From Christensenellaceae bacterium (GTDB lineage: Bacteria > Bacillota > Clostridia > Christensenellales > CAG-138): a DNA stretch of 64,000 bases. Positions 7,875 through 17,072 of this stretch are shown here, piece after piece. Below the pieces are notes generated by a model that worked only from the letters and a program-made list of their open reading frames with translations, made no database searches and was not told the DNA's origin. Location of the stretch: positions 62 through 64,061 of the forward strand of contig JAISKB010000015.1 of assembly GCA_031261085.1 (NCBI GenBank), in the 5' to 3' direction. Positions within the stretch are counted from its first letter, which is position 1. Each line of letters opens with the position of its first letter. A program made the position numbers and the translations under genes.

Positions 7875-10489
7875 GTTTCCCTCATCCTCGCGCGCAGATG
7901 CAAATCATACAACTGGTTGAGCGCATCCCGCGGCGTAAGCGCGTCGATGTCTATCTCGCGCAGATCATTTAAAATATCATCCGGCTTGGCTGGGCCAAAA
8001 AGCGTAAGCTGCTCCGCCGGCGCGGGCTGCGCGGCTTCTAATATGGCGTCGTGATTGATGTCGGATTCCTCGAGCTTTTTGAGTATTTCCATCGCCCGGC
8101 GTATCACCCCCTCCGGCAGGCCGGCCAACCGCGCCACCTGCACGCCAAAGCTCTTATCCGCCCCGCCCCGCACGATTTTGCGCAAAAACAGGATATCCTC
8201 CCCCACCTCTTTAACCGAAATGCGATAGTTTTTTATGCCGTTCAGCTTGCCTTCCAGCTCGGTCAGCTCGTGGTAATGGGTGGCAAACAGCGTTTTCGCG
8301 CCGCACTTGGCCGTATCGGCAATGTGCTCCAGCACCGCCCAGGCTATGCTCAAGCCATCGAAGGTGCTTGTCCCCCGCCCGACCTCATCGATGATGAGCA
8401 GGCTCTGCGCGGTGGCGTTGTTGAGTATGTTGCTCATCTCGCTCATTTCCACCATAAAGGTGCTCTGCCCGGAGGCCAGGCTATCCGATGCGCCGATGCG
8501 GGTAAATATGCGATCGGTTATGGCGATGGAGGCGGAGGCGGCCGGTACGAAGCTGCCTATGTGCGCCATGAGCACAATGAGCGCCACCTGCCGCATATAG
8601 GTGCTTTTACCCGCCATATTGGGCCCGGTTAAAATGAGCAGGCGGTTTTCGGCGCTATCCATAAGCGTGTTGTTGGGTATAAATCCTTCGCGCATACCCC
8701 GCTCTACCACAGGGTGGCGTCCATCCACGATTTCGATTTTGCCGGCCGTGTTGAGCTTGGGGCGGCTGTAGCCGTTTACGAAGGCCGCCTGCGCCAAACT
8801 TTGGTATACATCCAGCATGGCGAGCTGCTGCGCGTTGGTTTGCAGCCGGTCGATGCACGCATTGAGCGTGCCCCGCAGCTGTACAAACAGCTCGTATTCG
8901 AGCGCGATGGCGTTATCCTCCGCGCCCAATATGGTGGTTTCCATATCCTTGAGCGCCGGCGTGATGTATCGTTCGCAGTTCGCCAGCGTTTGCTTGCGCT
9001 GGTAGGTATAAGGCACCAGGTGCTGATAGGTTTTCGTCACCTCGAGGTAGTACCCAAACACGCGGTTAAAGCCCACTTTCAGATTTTTTATGCCGGTATC
9101 GGCGCGCTCGTCCGCCTCGAAGCGGGCCAGCCAATCCTTGCCGTTGCGCGCGGCGTCGCGGTACCCATCCAGCTCGGCATTGTAGCCATCGCGTATCATG
9201 CCGCCTTCCTTTACGCTCACCGGCGGTTCCTCTATGATGGCGTTTTGGAGCAGCGCGTAAATATCCTCCATAGGGTCCAGCGCATCGCGTATGCGGCCCA
9301 GCTCCCCCGCGCTTAGATGGCACAACGTGCTTGCGATGCCGGGTATACAGCCCAGCGAGCGGCGCAGAGCGTTGCAATCCCGGGCGTTTACCGTGCCATA
9401 GGCAATGCGGCTGCACAGCCTTTCTATATCGTATACGGAAGAAAGCGCGGCCTGCAGCGCGCTGCGCTCCACCGGCTGCGTATACAAACTTTCTACCGCG
9501 TCCAGCCTCGCGCTGATGCCCTTTTGGCTCTGCAGGGGTTGCTCCACCCACGCGCGCAGCAAACGCCCGCCCATGGAGGTGGCGGTTTGGTCGAGCAGGT
9601 TCAGCAGCGTGTTGCGCTTGCTGCTCTCGGCGCGTATGGGTTGAATCAGCTCGAGGTTGCGGCGGGATGCGGCGTCTATGCGCATATACGCACAGCGCGA
9701 CACCGCGCGGATGCCGCGTATATGCTCCAGCGCGTTCTTTTGCGTATCGGTTAAATATGCCATCAGCGCGCCCGCGGCGGGCACCGCGTAAGCCATATCC
9801 TCACATCCAAAGCCGCAAAGATCGTTTACCTTAAAGTGTGCAAGCAGGCGCTGCTTTGCGCCCTCCGGCTCAAAAGCCCAGCTGCCGTAGCTTTGGGTAT
9901 AATAGGCGCTCTGCAATTGGGTCACGAGGTGCTGCTGCAAAAACAAGGCGTCATTGGCCACGATTTCGGTGGGCTGCACGCGGGCCAGCTCATCCGTCAA
10001 TTCCTCTATCCAGGTATCGCCCTGCAGCTCCAGCACATACAACGCGCCGGTGGAAACATCGCAGTAGGCCATACCCAAGTTATTTTCCAAAAGGTAGAGC
10101 GAAACGATATAGTTGTTTTGCCGCTCCGAAAGCATGCTCTCTTCGATGATGGTGCCCGGCGTGATAACCCGCAGCACCTCGCGCTCCACCAGGCCCTGGC
10201 TCTCCTTAGGGTCGGTCACCTGCTCGCAGATCGCCACCTTATGCCCTTTTTCGATGAGGCGGCTTATATACAGCTCTACCGCGTGATAGGGTACGCCGCA
10301 CATGGGCGCGCGCTCCTCCAGGCCGCAATCCCGCCCGGTAAGCACAATTTCGAGCTCACGCGAGGCAAGCAGAGCATCCTCGAAGAACATCTCATAAAAA
10401 TCGCCCAAGCGATACAGCACGATGCAATCGGCATACTGCTCTTTTATCTGCATATATTGCTGCATCATGGGGGTGAGCGTTGCGGGCAT
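7871..10489 (-). CDS. mutS: DNA mismatch repair protein MutS
   Basis: TPMMQQYMQIKEQY at the N-terminus, Walker A GPNMAGKST, and STFMVEM. Confidence 0.95.
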   Translation of the reverse strand: MPATLTPMMQQYMQIKEQYADCIVLYRLGDFYEMFFEDALLASRELEIVLTGRDCGLEERAPMCGVPYHAVELYISRLIEKGHKVAICEQVTDPKESQGLVEREVLRVITPGTIIEESMLSERQNNYIVSLYLLENNLGMAYCDVSTGALYVLELQGDTWIEELTDELARVQPTEIVANDALFLQQHLVTQLQSAYYTQSYGSWAFEPEGAKQRLLAHFKVNDLCGFGCEDMAYAVPAAGALMAYLTDTQKNALEHIRGIRAVSRCAYMRIDAASRRNLELIQPIRAESSKRNTLLNLLDQTATSMGGRLLRAWVEQPLQSQKGISARLDAVESLYTQPVERSALQAALSSVYDIERLCSRIAYGTVNARDCNALRRSLGCIPGIASTLCHLSAGELGRIRDALDPMEDIYALLQNAIIEEPPVSVKEGGMIRDGYNAELDGYRDAARNGKDWLARFEADERADTGIKNLKVGFNRVFGYYLEVTKTYQHLVPYTYQRKQTLANCERYITPALKDMETTILGAEDNAIALEYELFVQLRGTLNACIDRLQTNAQQLAMLDVYQSLAQAAFVNGYSRPKLNTAGKIEIVDGRHPVVERGMREGFIPNNTLMDSAENRLLILTGPNMAGKSTYMRQVALIVLMAHIGSFVPAASASIAITDRIFTRIGASDSLASGQSTFMVEMSEMSNILNNATAQSLLIIDEVGRGTSTFDGLSIAWAVLEHIADTAKCGAKTLFATHYHELTELEGKLNGIKNYRISVKEVGEDILFLRKIVRGGADKSFGVQVARLAGLPEGVIRRAMEILKKLEESDINHDAILEAAQPAPAEQLTLFGPAKPDDILNDLREIDIDALTPRDALNQLYDLHLRARMRET

Positions 10490-10509
10490 AGCGTTGGCCT
10501 TTCTGGCGC

Positions 10510-10917
10510 TTAGTGCTTACAGCCGGAGCAGGATGCGCAGCTGCCGGCGCTGCAGCCCCCTTCCGGCGTGTCCATATCCGGGTCCTCCATGCCTATGCAG
10601 GCGGCGATGGTTTGGTTTACCTGCCGCATCAGGTTTTGAAAGCACTGCTGCGCGGCCAATAATTCGGTAAATGCCGCGTTGCCCATCAAGGCGGCCTGTA
10701 TTTCATCCATCTGGCGGCCAATATCCAGCATCGTGCCCTTATCCGCCTCGGCATCCTCCATCAGCGTCACGATGCTGTCCCGCAGCTCGGTGTATTCGCG
10801 CATCATATTGGATATGCCCGCATTCGCGTCCACCTTCGCCTTGGCAGCCAGCATGCCCTGAAATTCGATGGATTCGCTCAACGCAATGCCCAGTTCCTGC
10901 GCTTTTTCGATAATCAT
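10510..10917 (-). CDS. YlbF/YmcA (RicA/RicF) family regulator with a C-terminal 4-Cys tail
   Basis: This helical 135-aa protein sits between miaB and mutS, the position ymcA occupies in B. subtilis. The tail is GGCSAGSCASCSGCKH. Confidence 0.65.
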   Translation of the reverse strand: MIIEKAQELGIALSESIEFQGMLAAKAKVDANAGISNMMREYTELRDSIVTLMEDAEADKGTMLDIGRQMDEIQAALMGNAAFTELLAAQQCFQNLMRQVNQTIAACIGMEDPDMDTPEGGCSAGSCASCSGCKH

Positions 10918-10975
10918 ATTTAAAAACCTTTCATTACTTTATATCGTTATGATAGCCTTACTATTATCTATTAGT

Positions 10976-12379
10976 TTATCGGTCAATTCGTTCCCCAATC
11001 AGGGAATTATTCTGCACGCCTATTATCTTCACCCGCTGCAGCGTGCCTATCCATTCTTCCCCGCCGGGGAAGTACACCATTTTGAAGTTCGTCAGCTTCC
11101 CATATGCCATGGGCGTTGTGCGCATATCGCAGCCCTCTACCAGCACCTCGCCTGATTGCCCCACATACTTGGGGTTATTCCGCTGTAAAATGGCCGCCAT
11201 CGCCGTATTAAGCCGCTGCAAGCGCTGTTTTTTCACATCCTCAGGCACTTGATCGGGCAGGGTTGCCGCCTGGGTACCGGCGCGGGGCGAATACATAAAC
11301 GTATAGGCCGCGCTATAACCCGCCTGCTCCACGAGCGTGAGGGTGTCGGCAAAATCCTCCTCCGTTTCCCCCGGGAACCCCACGATAACATCTGTGGTGA
11401 GTTCCAGCCCCGGCACCTTTCCGCGCAGCGCCTGCACGCAGGCAAGGTAGCTGGCGCGCGTGTATTTTCGGTTCATGGCGGCCAGCACGCGGTCGCTGCC
11501 CGATTGTACCGGCAGGTGAATGTGATTGCATACCCGGGGCAGTGCGGCCATGGCTTCTATCAACCCCGGCGAAAGATCTTTGGGGTGAGAGGTCATGAAG
11601 CGTATCCTCTCGATGCCCTCCACCCCGTGCACCCGGCGCAGCAGCGCGGGGAAATCTACCGCCCCGCCATCGCCGCAGTACGAATTGACATTTTGGCCCA
11701 GCAGCGTTATCTCTTTGTAGCCGGCCTCCGCCAACAGACGCACCTCTTCTACTATGCTGCTGGAATTGCGGGAACGCTCCCGCCCCCGCACATATGGCAC
11801 GATGCAGTAGGTGCAGTAATTGTTGCAGCCATACATAATCGTCACGTTGGTGGAAAAGGCGCCGCTGCGCGCGATGGGCAAGCCTTCGGCAATTTCGCCC
11901 TCCGAATCGGTAATGGCCAGCACGCGGTTGCCCCGCAGCGCTTCTTCGAGCAACAGCGGGAACTTGTGCAGCTCGTTGGTTCCAAACACCATATCCACAA
12001 ATGGGAAGCGCTTATAGAGCTTTGCCGAAACCTCTTTTTGCTGCATCATACAGCCGCATACGGCAATGAGCAGCGCGGGATTTGCATCCTTTTGCTTTTT
12101 GAGCGCGCCTATGTTACCAAAAACCCGCTTTTCGGCATGCTCTCGCACACAGCAGGTATTGAATAAAATCAAGTCGGCATCGGCCTTGCTCTCCGCCTGG
12201 GTATAGCCTATCTCCCGCAGCATACCCGCCAGCTTTTCGCTGTCATGGTCGTTCATTTGGCAGCCGTAGGATTCGATATAGTAACGCCGCACCGCTCCGT
12301 TTAACGCGTCCTTTAGGCGCAGGGCGGCCGCGCGGGCAAGCGCAAGTTCGCCCGGGGCGACAAATACAGGTTCCCGCAT
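10976..12379 (-). CDS. miaB: tRNA-i6A37 methylthiotransferase
   Basis: YIESYGCQMN, a radical-SAM CNNYCTYCIVP motif, and a C-terminal TRAM domain. Confidence 0.92.
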   Translation of the reverse strand: MREPVFVAPGELALARAAALRLKDALNGAVRRYYIESYGCQMNDHDSEKLAGMLREIGYTQAESKADADLILFNTCCVREHAEKRVFGNIGALKKQKDANPALLIAVCGCMMQQKEVSAKLYKRFPFVDMVFGTNELHKFPLLLEEALRGNRVLAITDSEGEIAEGLPIARSGAFSTNVTIMYGCNNYCTYCIVPYVRGRERSRNSSSIVEEVRLLAEAGYKEITLLGQNVNSYCGDGGAVDFPALLRRVHGVEGIERIRFMTSHPKDLSPGLIEAMAALPRVCNHIHLPVQSGSDRVLAAMNRKYTRASYLACVQALRGKVPGLELTTDVIVGFPGETEEDFADTLTLVEQAGYSAAYTFMYSPRAGTQAATLPDQVPEDVKKQRLQRLNTAMAAILQRNNPKYVGQSGEVLVEGCDMRTTPMAYGKLTNFKMVYFPGGEEWIGTLQRVKIIGVQNNSLIGERIDR

Positions 12380-12479
12380 GAAATCTCCTTATAACATAAA
12401 ATAAACCAATATAATTATAGTCGCTTTGTCGCGTTCGCGCAAGCCGGGATGATTCTGCGGTGATTTGAAAAAAATCGTA

Positions 12480-12508
12480 TTGACAATCGGGCCAAAATAC
12501 GGTATATT
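12480..12508 (+). promoter_or_regulatory. Sigma-A type promoter of the tRNA operon
   Basis: TTGACA, a 17-nt spacer, then TATATT, about 33 nt upstream of tRNA-Pro. Confidence 0.65.
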
Positions 12509-12541
12509 TGTAGGCGTCGCGTGATGCACATGCATGCAAAA

Positions 12542-12618
12542 CGGGGTGTAGCGCAGTCTGGTAGCGCACGTGCTTTGGGAGCATGGGGCCGGGGGTTCGA
12601 ATCCCTTCACCCCGACCA
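12542..12618 (+). tRNA. tRNA-Pro (UGG)
   Basis: Acceptor CGGGGTG/CACCCCG, anticodon loop TTTGGGA, T-loop GGTTCGAAT, encoded CCA. Confidence 0.9.
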
Positions 12619-12623
12619 TTAAT

Positions 12624-12698
12624 GGCCCCTTGGTCAAGCGGTTAAGACACCGCCCTTTCACGGCGGTAACAGGAGTTCGAGTCTCCTAGGGGTCACCA
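12624..12698 (+). tRNA. tRNA-Glu (UUC)
   Basis: GGCCCCTTGGTCAAGCGGTTAAGACACCGCCCTTTCACGGCGG..., anticodon TTC, encoded CCA. Confidence 0.9.
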
Positions 12699-12714
12699 TT
12701 TTGTTAAAGTACAA

Positions 12715-12791
12715 GGGCCTTTAGCTCAGTTGGTCAGAGCGGTCGGCTCATAACCGATTGGTCCGGGGTTCGAGTCCCTGAAGGCCCACCA
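12715..12791 (+). tRNA. tRNA with CAT anticodon (Met or lysidine-modified Ile2)
   Basis: GGGCCTTTAGCTCAGTTGGTCAGAGC..., anticodon loop CTCATAA, encoded CCA. Met and Ile2 cannot be told apart by eye. Confidence 0.85.
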
Positions 12792-12807
12792 CTACTTTAA
12801 TCCTTGT

Positions 12808-12884
12808 GGCCCGATAGTTCAGTTGGTTAGAATGCTAGCCTGTCACGCTAGAGGTCAGGGGTTCGAGCCCCCTTCGGGTCGCCA
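12808..12884 (+). tRNA. tRNA-Asp (GUC)
   Basis: GGCCCGATAGTTCAGTTGGTTAGAATG..., anticodon loop CTGTCAC, encoded CCA. Confidence 0.9.
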
Positions 12885-12897
12885 TTTTGTTGCTGTT

Positions 12898-12973
12898 GCT
12901 GGTGTAGCTCAATTGGCAGAGCAGCTGATTTGTAATCAGCAGGTTGCGGGTTCAAGTCCCATCGCCAGCTCCA
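12898..12973 (+). tRNA. tRNA-Thr (UGU)
   Basis: GCTGGTGTAGCTCAATTGGCAGAGC..., anticodon loop TTTGTAA, encoded CCA. Confidence 0.9.
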
Positions 12974-12996
12974 AATTAAATAATTCCTCACCCGTG

Positions 12997-13080
<84 letters not shown>

Positions 13081-13088
13081 CTTATTCT

Positions 13089-13175
13089 GCGGGAATGGCG
13101 GAATTGGCAGACGCGCACGGTTCAGGTCCGTGTGCTGGTAACAGCATGCAGGTTCAAGTCCTGTTTCCCGCACCA
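13089..13175 (+). tRNA. tRNA-Leu (CAG), long variable arm
   Basis: GCGGGAATGGCGGAATTGGCAGACGCGCACGGTTCAGGTCCGTG..., class II variable arm, encoded CCA. Confidence 0.88.
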
Positions 13176-13182
13176 CTCAAAA

Positions 13183-13210
13183 AGCTAGGTTTTGCCTGGC
13201 TTTTTGGTTT
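13183..13210 (+). terminator. Rho-independent terminator of the tRNA operon
   Basis: AGCTAGG-TTTTG-CCTGGCT hairpin followed by TTTTGGTTTTT. Confidence 0.6.
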
Positions 13211-13393
13211 TTATTCACGTCGAATCTGCATTATCGTATACCAACAGCCCCCGCGCCTGACAACCTTTTTAATTAAACAGTTTGTCATATCTGTCTAACT
13301 TTCGGGTTGCCTTTCCCCCGCCCTGCTGGCGGGGATTTTTATATTGACATGCTCCATAAGTGGTCGCTGTCATTTACCAATCCTTTCTAAAAT

Positions 13394-14560
13394 ATGTTTT
13401 TTTGTCGATTTTATGACAGCGACAACCCGCCGCGAATCGTGTATACTATAAAAATAGAGGATTTTACGGATGGTGAACAATGCTACCAAAGATGGGAGGG
13501 ATGCGCGATTATCACCCTGCAGGATTTTCTTTCACAAGTGTGTACCAACCCGGTGCTGGCGGTCACGGTGCTGCTCACATTGGGCGTCATATTGGTCAAT
13601 GGGTGGACGGACGCGCCCAACGCCATCGCCACCTGCATATCCACGCGGTGTATGCGCGCCTCACACGCCATCATCATGGCGGCGGTTTTCAACTTTTTGG
13701 GCGTGCTCATCATGACGCTCATCAATACGAAAGTCGCCTTAACCATCTACAACATGGTGGATTTTGGCGGCAACACCCACGAAGCCACGGTGGCCCTGTG
13801 CGCCGCGCTGTTCGCCATCGTCGTATGGGCGGTGGTAGCCTGGCTGTTCGGCATACCCACCTCCGAAAGTCACGCGCTCATTGCGGGGCTTTCCGGCGCG
13901 GCCATCGCGCTGCATTCCAGCTTGGGCGGCATCAATTTTGCCGAATGGGTAAAGGTGTTATACGGCTTGGCGCTATCCACATTGCTGGGCTTTGTGATGG
14001 GCTACGCCTGCACCAAAGCCATCGAGCTCTTCTGCAAGCATATGGATAGGGGCAAAACCACGCGCTTCTTTAGAGGCGCGCAGGTTGCGGGCGGCGCGGG
14101 CATGGCCTTCATGCACGGCGCGCAGGATGGGCAAAAATTCATGAGCGTGTTTTTATTGGGGATATTTTTAACCCGGGGCGAATCCGTCAACGAGTTTGCC
14201 ATCCCCATATGGCTGATGGTGCTCTGCTCGGTGGTGATGGGCCTTGGTACCAGCATAGGCGGGTACCGCATCATCAAATCGGTGGGGATGGATATGGTAA
14301 AGCTGCAGCCCTATCAAGGCTTTGCGGCGGATACGGCGGGTACGCTTTGCCTGCTGCTCTCCTCCGTCACCGGCATACCCGTGAGCACAACCCATACCAA
14401 AACCACCGCAATCATGGGCGTGGGCGCAGCCAAACGGCTTTCGGCGGTAAATTGGAAAATCGTACGCGAAATGGTGCTTACCTGGGTATTGACGTTCCCC
14501 GGGTGCGGTTTGCTGGGGTATGTGATGGCCAAGCTGTTTATGATGCTGTTTAAGGCTTAG
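13394..14560 (+). CDS. pit: Inorganic phosphate transporter, PiT (PHO4) family
   Basis: NGWTDAPNAIAT and GAQDGQKFM motifs in a multi-TM protein. The start is uncertain: the first roughly 40 aa from ATG 13394 look non-Pit-like. In-frame ATT 13508 follows GGGAGGG, and GTG 13538 is another candidate. Confidence 0.85.
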   Translation: MFFCRFYDSDNPPRIVYTIKIEDFTDGEQCYQRWEGCAIITLQDFLSQVCTNPVLAVTVLLTLGVILVNGWTDAPNAIATCISTRCMRASHAIIMAAVFNFLGVLIMTLINTKVALTIYNMVDFGGNTHEATVALCAALFAIVVWAVVAWLFGIPTSESHALIAGLSGAAIALHSSLGGINFAEWVKVLYGLALSTLLGFVMGYACTKAIELFCKHMDRGKTTRFFRGAQVAGGAGMAFMHGAQDGQKFMSVFLLGIFLTRGESVNEFAIPIWLMVLCSVVMGLGTSIGGYRIIKSVGMDMVKLQPYQGFAADTAGTLCLLLSSVTGIPVSTTHTKTTAIMGVGAAKRLSAVNWKIVREMVLTWVLTFPGCGLLGYVMAKLFMMLFKA

Positions 14561-14578
14561 CGATAAGGAGGTTATACG

Positions 14579-15199
14579 ATGAAAACGAAAAAGGATTATT
14601 ATTTTAACGTGATGGCGCGCTGCGCCGCTTTCGGCTGCGAGGCCGCGGCTTTTTTGCAGGACGCACTGCAGCGGTTCGACCCCGAAACCTTGACCGCGCG
14701 CATGAAAGAGATGCACGCCATCGAGAACAATGCCGATACTTTGAAGCACGACATGATGCGCTTTTTGAGCCGCGAATTTATGACCCCCATCGAGCGCGAG
14801 GATATCGTGAACCTTGCGCAGGAGCTGGATAACGTGGTGGATTGCCTGGACGACGTGATGCAGCGGCTCTATATTCACAACATTCAGGTGCTGCGCGACG
14901 ATTTGGACGCGTTTACCGCGGTGATTGTGCGCTGCACGGCCGCGCTGCATGCGGCGGTAACCGAGTTTGCGCAGTTTAAAAAATCGCAGACCATCGGCGA
15001 GCACATCGTTACGGTCAACTCGCTCGAAAGCGAAGGCGACATGCTGTATTTGACCGCCATGCGCAAGCTGAGCACCACCGAAACCAACCCCCTTAGCGTG
15101 TTCGCCTGGTCACAGGTGTATACCGGGCTGGAAAACTGTCTGGATGCCTGCGAGCACGCCAGCGATGTAATCGAAAGCGTGATTATGAAAAACAGTTAA
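14579..15199 (+). CDS. DUF47 / PhoU-like protein (YkaA-like Pit accessory)
   Basis: The 206-aa helical protein has a PIEREDI motif and lies immediately downstream of pit, as ykaA-pit does in Bacillus. Confidence 0.8.
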   Translation: MKTKKDYYFNVMARCAAFGCEAAAFLQDALQRFDPETLTARMKEMHAIENNADTLKHDMMRFLSREFMTPIEREDIVNLAQELDNVVDCLDDVMQRLYIHNIQVLRDDLDAFTAVIVRCTAALHAAVTEFAQFKKSQTIGEHIVTVNSLESEGDMLYLTAMRKLSTTETNPLSVFAWSQVYTGLENCLDACEHASDVIESVIMKNS

Positions 15200-15222
15200 A
15201 GGCCGCCCCCGCAATTTTAAAA

Positions 15223-15248
15223 GCGCACCCGCTGGGGCGCGCTTTTTT
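15223..15248 (+). terminator. Rho-independent terminator after pit-DUF47
   Basis: GCGCACCC-GCTG-GGGCGCGC hairpin (one internal mismatch) followed by TTTTTT. Confidence 0.6.
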
Positions 15249-15336
15249 AGAATAAAATTATGCCGTTTCACAAACGAGCCATAAAATAGTATTTATGCCT
15301 TTACCGCCTTCGACTTTGTGAACCAAAACTGCAGGA

Positions 15337-15365
15337 TTGACACTCGTCCTGATTAAGGTTATTAT
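15337..15365 (+). promoter_or_regulatory. Sigma-A type promoter of the ACR3 gene
   Basis: TTGACA, a 17-nt spacer, then TATTAT. Confidence 0.6.
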
Positions 15366-15446
15366 TTCATGAGAGATGATTCAATGTCGGCGAGTGACGT
15401 GCGATTGTGGGGAAGGCGAATGCTGCTAAATGAGGAGGATTCGGTT

Positions 15447-16511
15447 ATGAAAGAGAAAAGCACGGGAATCGGTTTCTTTGAGAGATACCTGACCGTCTGG
15501 GTGCTTTTATGTATGGGCGCCGGCATCCTCATCGGGAAATTCGCACCGGTTATACCAACCGCACTCGGAAAACTTGAGATTGCCCACATCTCAATACCTA
15601 TCGCGGTTTTGATATGGGTGATGATTTACCCGATGATGATGAAGGTGGATTTTCAATCTGTCCTAAACGTAAGGAAGAACCCCGCGGGAGTTCTGATTTC
15701 AAGCGGCACAAGCTGGCTAATAAAGCCCTTCTTGATGTTCGGTCTTGCGAGCTTGTTCTTCACCGTGGTTTTTAAAGGGCTTATATCGCCGGAACTTGCC
15801 AAGGACTATATCGCCGGAGCTGTCCTGCTCGGCGCGGCTCCATGCACGGCTATGGTCTTTGTCTGGAGTCATCTGACGCATGGTAACCCGGCACACACAC
15901 TCGTGCAGGTGGCCGTCAATGACTTGATTATTCTTGTGGCATTCGTGCCGATAGTTTCTTTCCTTCTTGGTGTCACGGACATATTCGTCCCGTGGGACAC
16001 ACTGTTTCTCTCGGTTGTCCTGTTCGTCGTGATACCGCTTGTGGCGGGGACGATTACAAGGATCCTCGTTATTAAGCAGAAAGGTAAAGATTACTTCGAC
16101 AAGTCGTTTGTCCCGAAATTCGGAGGCATCACAACCGTTGGGTTGCTCTTGACGCTGATTATTATTTTCTCGTTTCAAGGGGACGCCATACTGAATAGCC
16201 CCGTTCACGTTCTGCTTATCGCCGTTCCTCTTGTCCTGCAAAATGTAATCACGTCCGCTTTCGCCTATTTGATGTGCGCTATTTTCAAACAGCCCCATGA
16301 CATTGCCGCTCCGGCGGCGCTTATCGGCGCTTCGGATTTCTTTGAACTCTCTGTCGCCGTTGCTATTGCCCTCTTCGGAGCCGCATCTCCTGTAGTGCTT
16401 GTCACCACGGTCGGCGTATTGACGGAAGTGCCTGTCATGTTAATGTTGGTGCATTTCGTGAACAAGACGGCAAGGTGGTTTCCATCCGGACAGCAGACCT
16501 CTGCATCATAA
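15447..16511 (+). CDS. acr3: Arsenite efflux transporter, ACR3 family
   Basis: The N-terminus reads MKEKSTGIGFFERYLTVWVLLCMGAGILIG, after RBS GAGGAGGA at 15432-15439. It is a 10-TM BART-superfamily-like protein with a GAAPCTAMV motif. The ORF-track start at 15369 is probably too far upstream. Confidence 0.88.
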   Translation: MKEKSTGIGFFERYLTVWVLLCMGAGILIGKFAPVIPTALGKLEIAHISIPIAVLIWVMIYPMMMKVDFQSVLNVRKNPAGVLISSGTSWLIKPFLMFGLASLFFTVVFKGLISPELAKDYIAGAVLLGAAPCTAMVFVWSHLTHGNPAHTLVQVAVNDLIILVAFVPIVSFLLGVTDIFVPWDTLFLSVVLFVVIPLVAGTITRILVIKQKGKDYFDKSFVPKFGGITTVGLLLTLIIIFSFQGDAILNSPVHVLLIAVPLVLQNVITSAFAYLMCAIFKQPHDIAAPAALIGASDFFELSVAVAIALFGAASPVVLVTTVGVLTEVPVMLMLVHFVNKTARWFPSGQQTSAS

Positions 16512-16532
16512 ACTATAAGCGAAGCAAAATAT

Positions 16533-16580
16533 AGCCCCTGCAAACCGGCTCTCACGCCGTCATCGCAGGGGCTTTGTTAT
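16533..16580 (+). terminator. Hairpin terminator after acr3
   Basis: AGCCCCTGC...(23-nt loop)...GCAGGGGCT followed by TTGTTAT. A second hairpin GGGTG-N-CACCC plus TTTTGGGTTT follows at about 16606-16635. Confidence 0.45.
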
Positions 16581-16763
16581 ACCTTTTGACGATTCCAATT
16601 GGGATGGGTGTATTTTGCACCCTTTTGGGTTTCGGGCAAAAAGGAAATGTCAAATTGTATCAAAGACGAGGTTATTATTTCTATAAAGGCCCTGGCTTCG
16701 ATACACGCTCGTGGACTTCGCCATCATCAAACTGGAATTTATAGGTCAATAAAAGCTAAAATT

Positions 16764-17072
16764 TCATTCTTCATCATATGCGGCGATTGCAACAGGCAAT
16801 GCTTGTATAACGCAATTTCCTACCGCCGGAAGTCCCACCAGTATACTGCTGATGATTTCTTCTTTTGTCGCACCTGCTTTTTTAGCTTCTTTCACATGGA
16901 ATGGAATACCGCTTTCCAACCTTACTGCCGCTAATACTGACAAGTATGCAAGAGTTTCTGTTTTTCTGTCAAGTTTACATATTGCACCTAATTTAGCAAC
17001 AAACTCGCCCTGTGCTTTCTGATATTCGGGAGCTTCTTCCATAAAGACCCTAAAACTATTACTGATATTCAC
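16764..17072 (-). CDS. Carboxymuconolactone decarboxylase (AhpD-like) family protein
   Basis: The 102-aa ORF has a GTG start after GAGGAGGA. KTETLAYLSVLAAVRLESGIPFHVKEAKKAGATKEEIISSIL is typical of a CMD domain. G+C is low. Confidence 0.7.
   Translation of the reverse strand: MNISNSFRVFMEEAPEYQKAQGEFVAKLGAICKLDRKTETLAYLSVLAAVRLESGIPFHVKEAKKAGATKEEIISSILVGLPAVGNCVIQALPVAIAAYDEE

Noticed and set aside
13480-14049. A 189-aa ORF in an alternative frame inside pit. It includes the SD-proximal ATG at 13501.
   Set aside because: It is Gly/His/Arg-rich with no TM helices, whereas the Pit frame gives textbook PHO4 motifs. The SD-ATG coincidence is kept only as part of the Pit start-codon finding.
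16599-16934. A 111-aa plus-strand ORF in the islet.
   Set aside because: It overlaps the CMD-family gene on the opposite strand, which has a clear domain match and SD. This ORF has no SD and no recognisable features.
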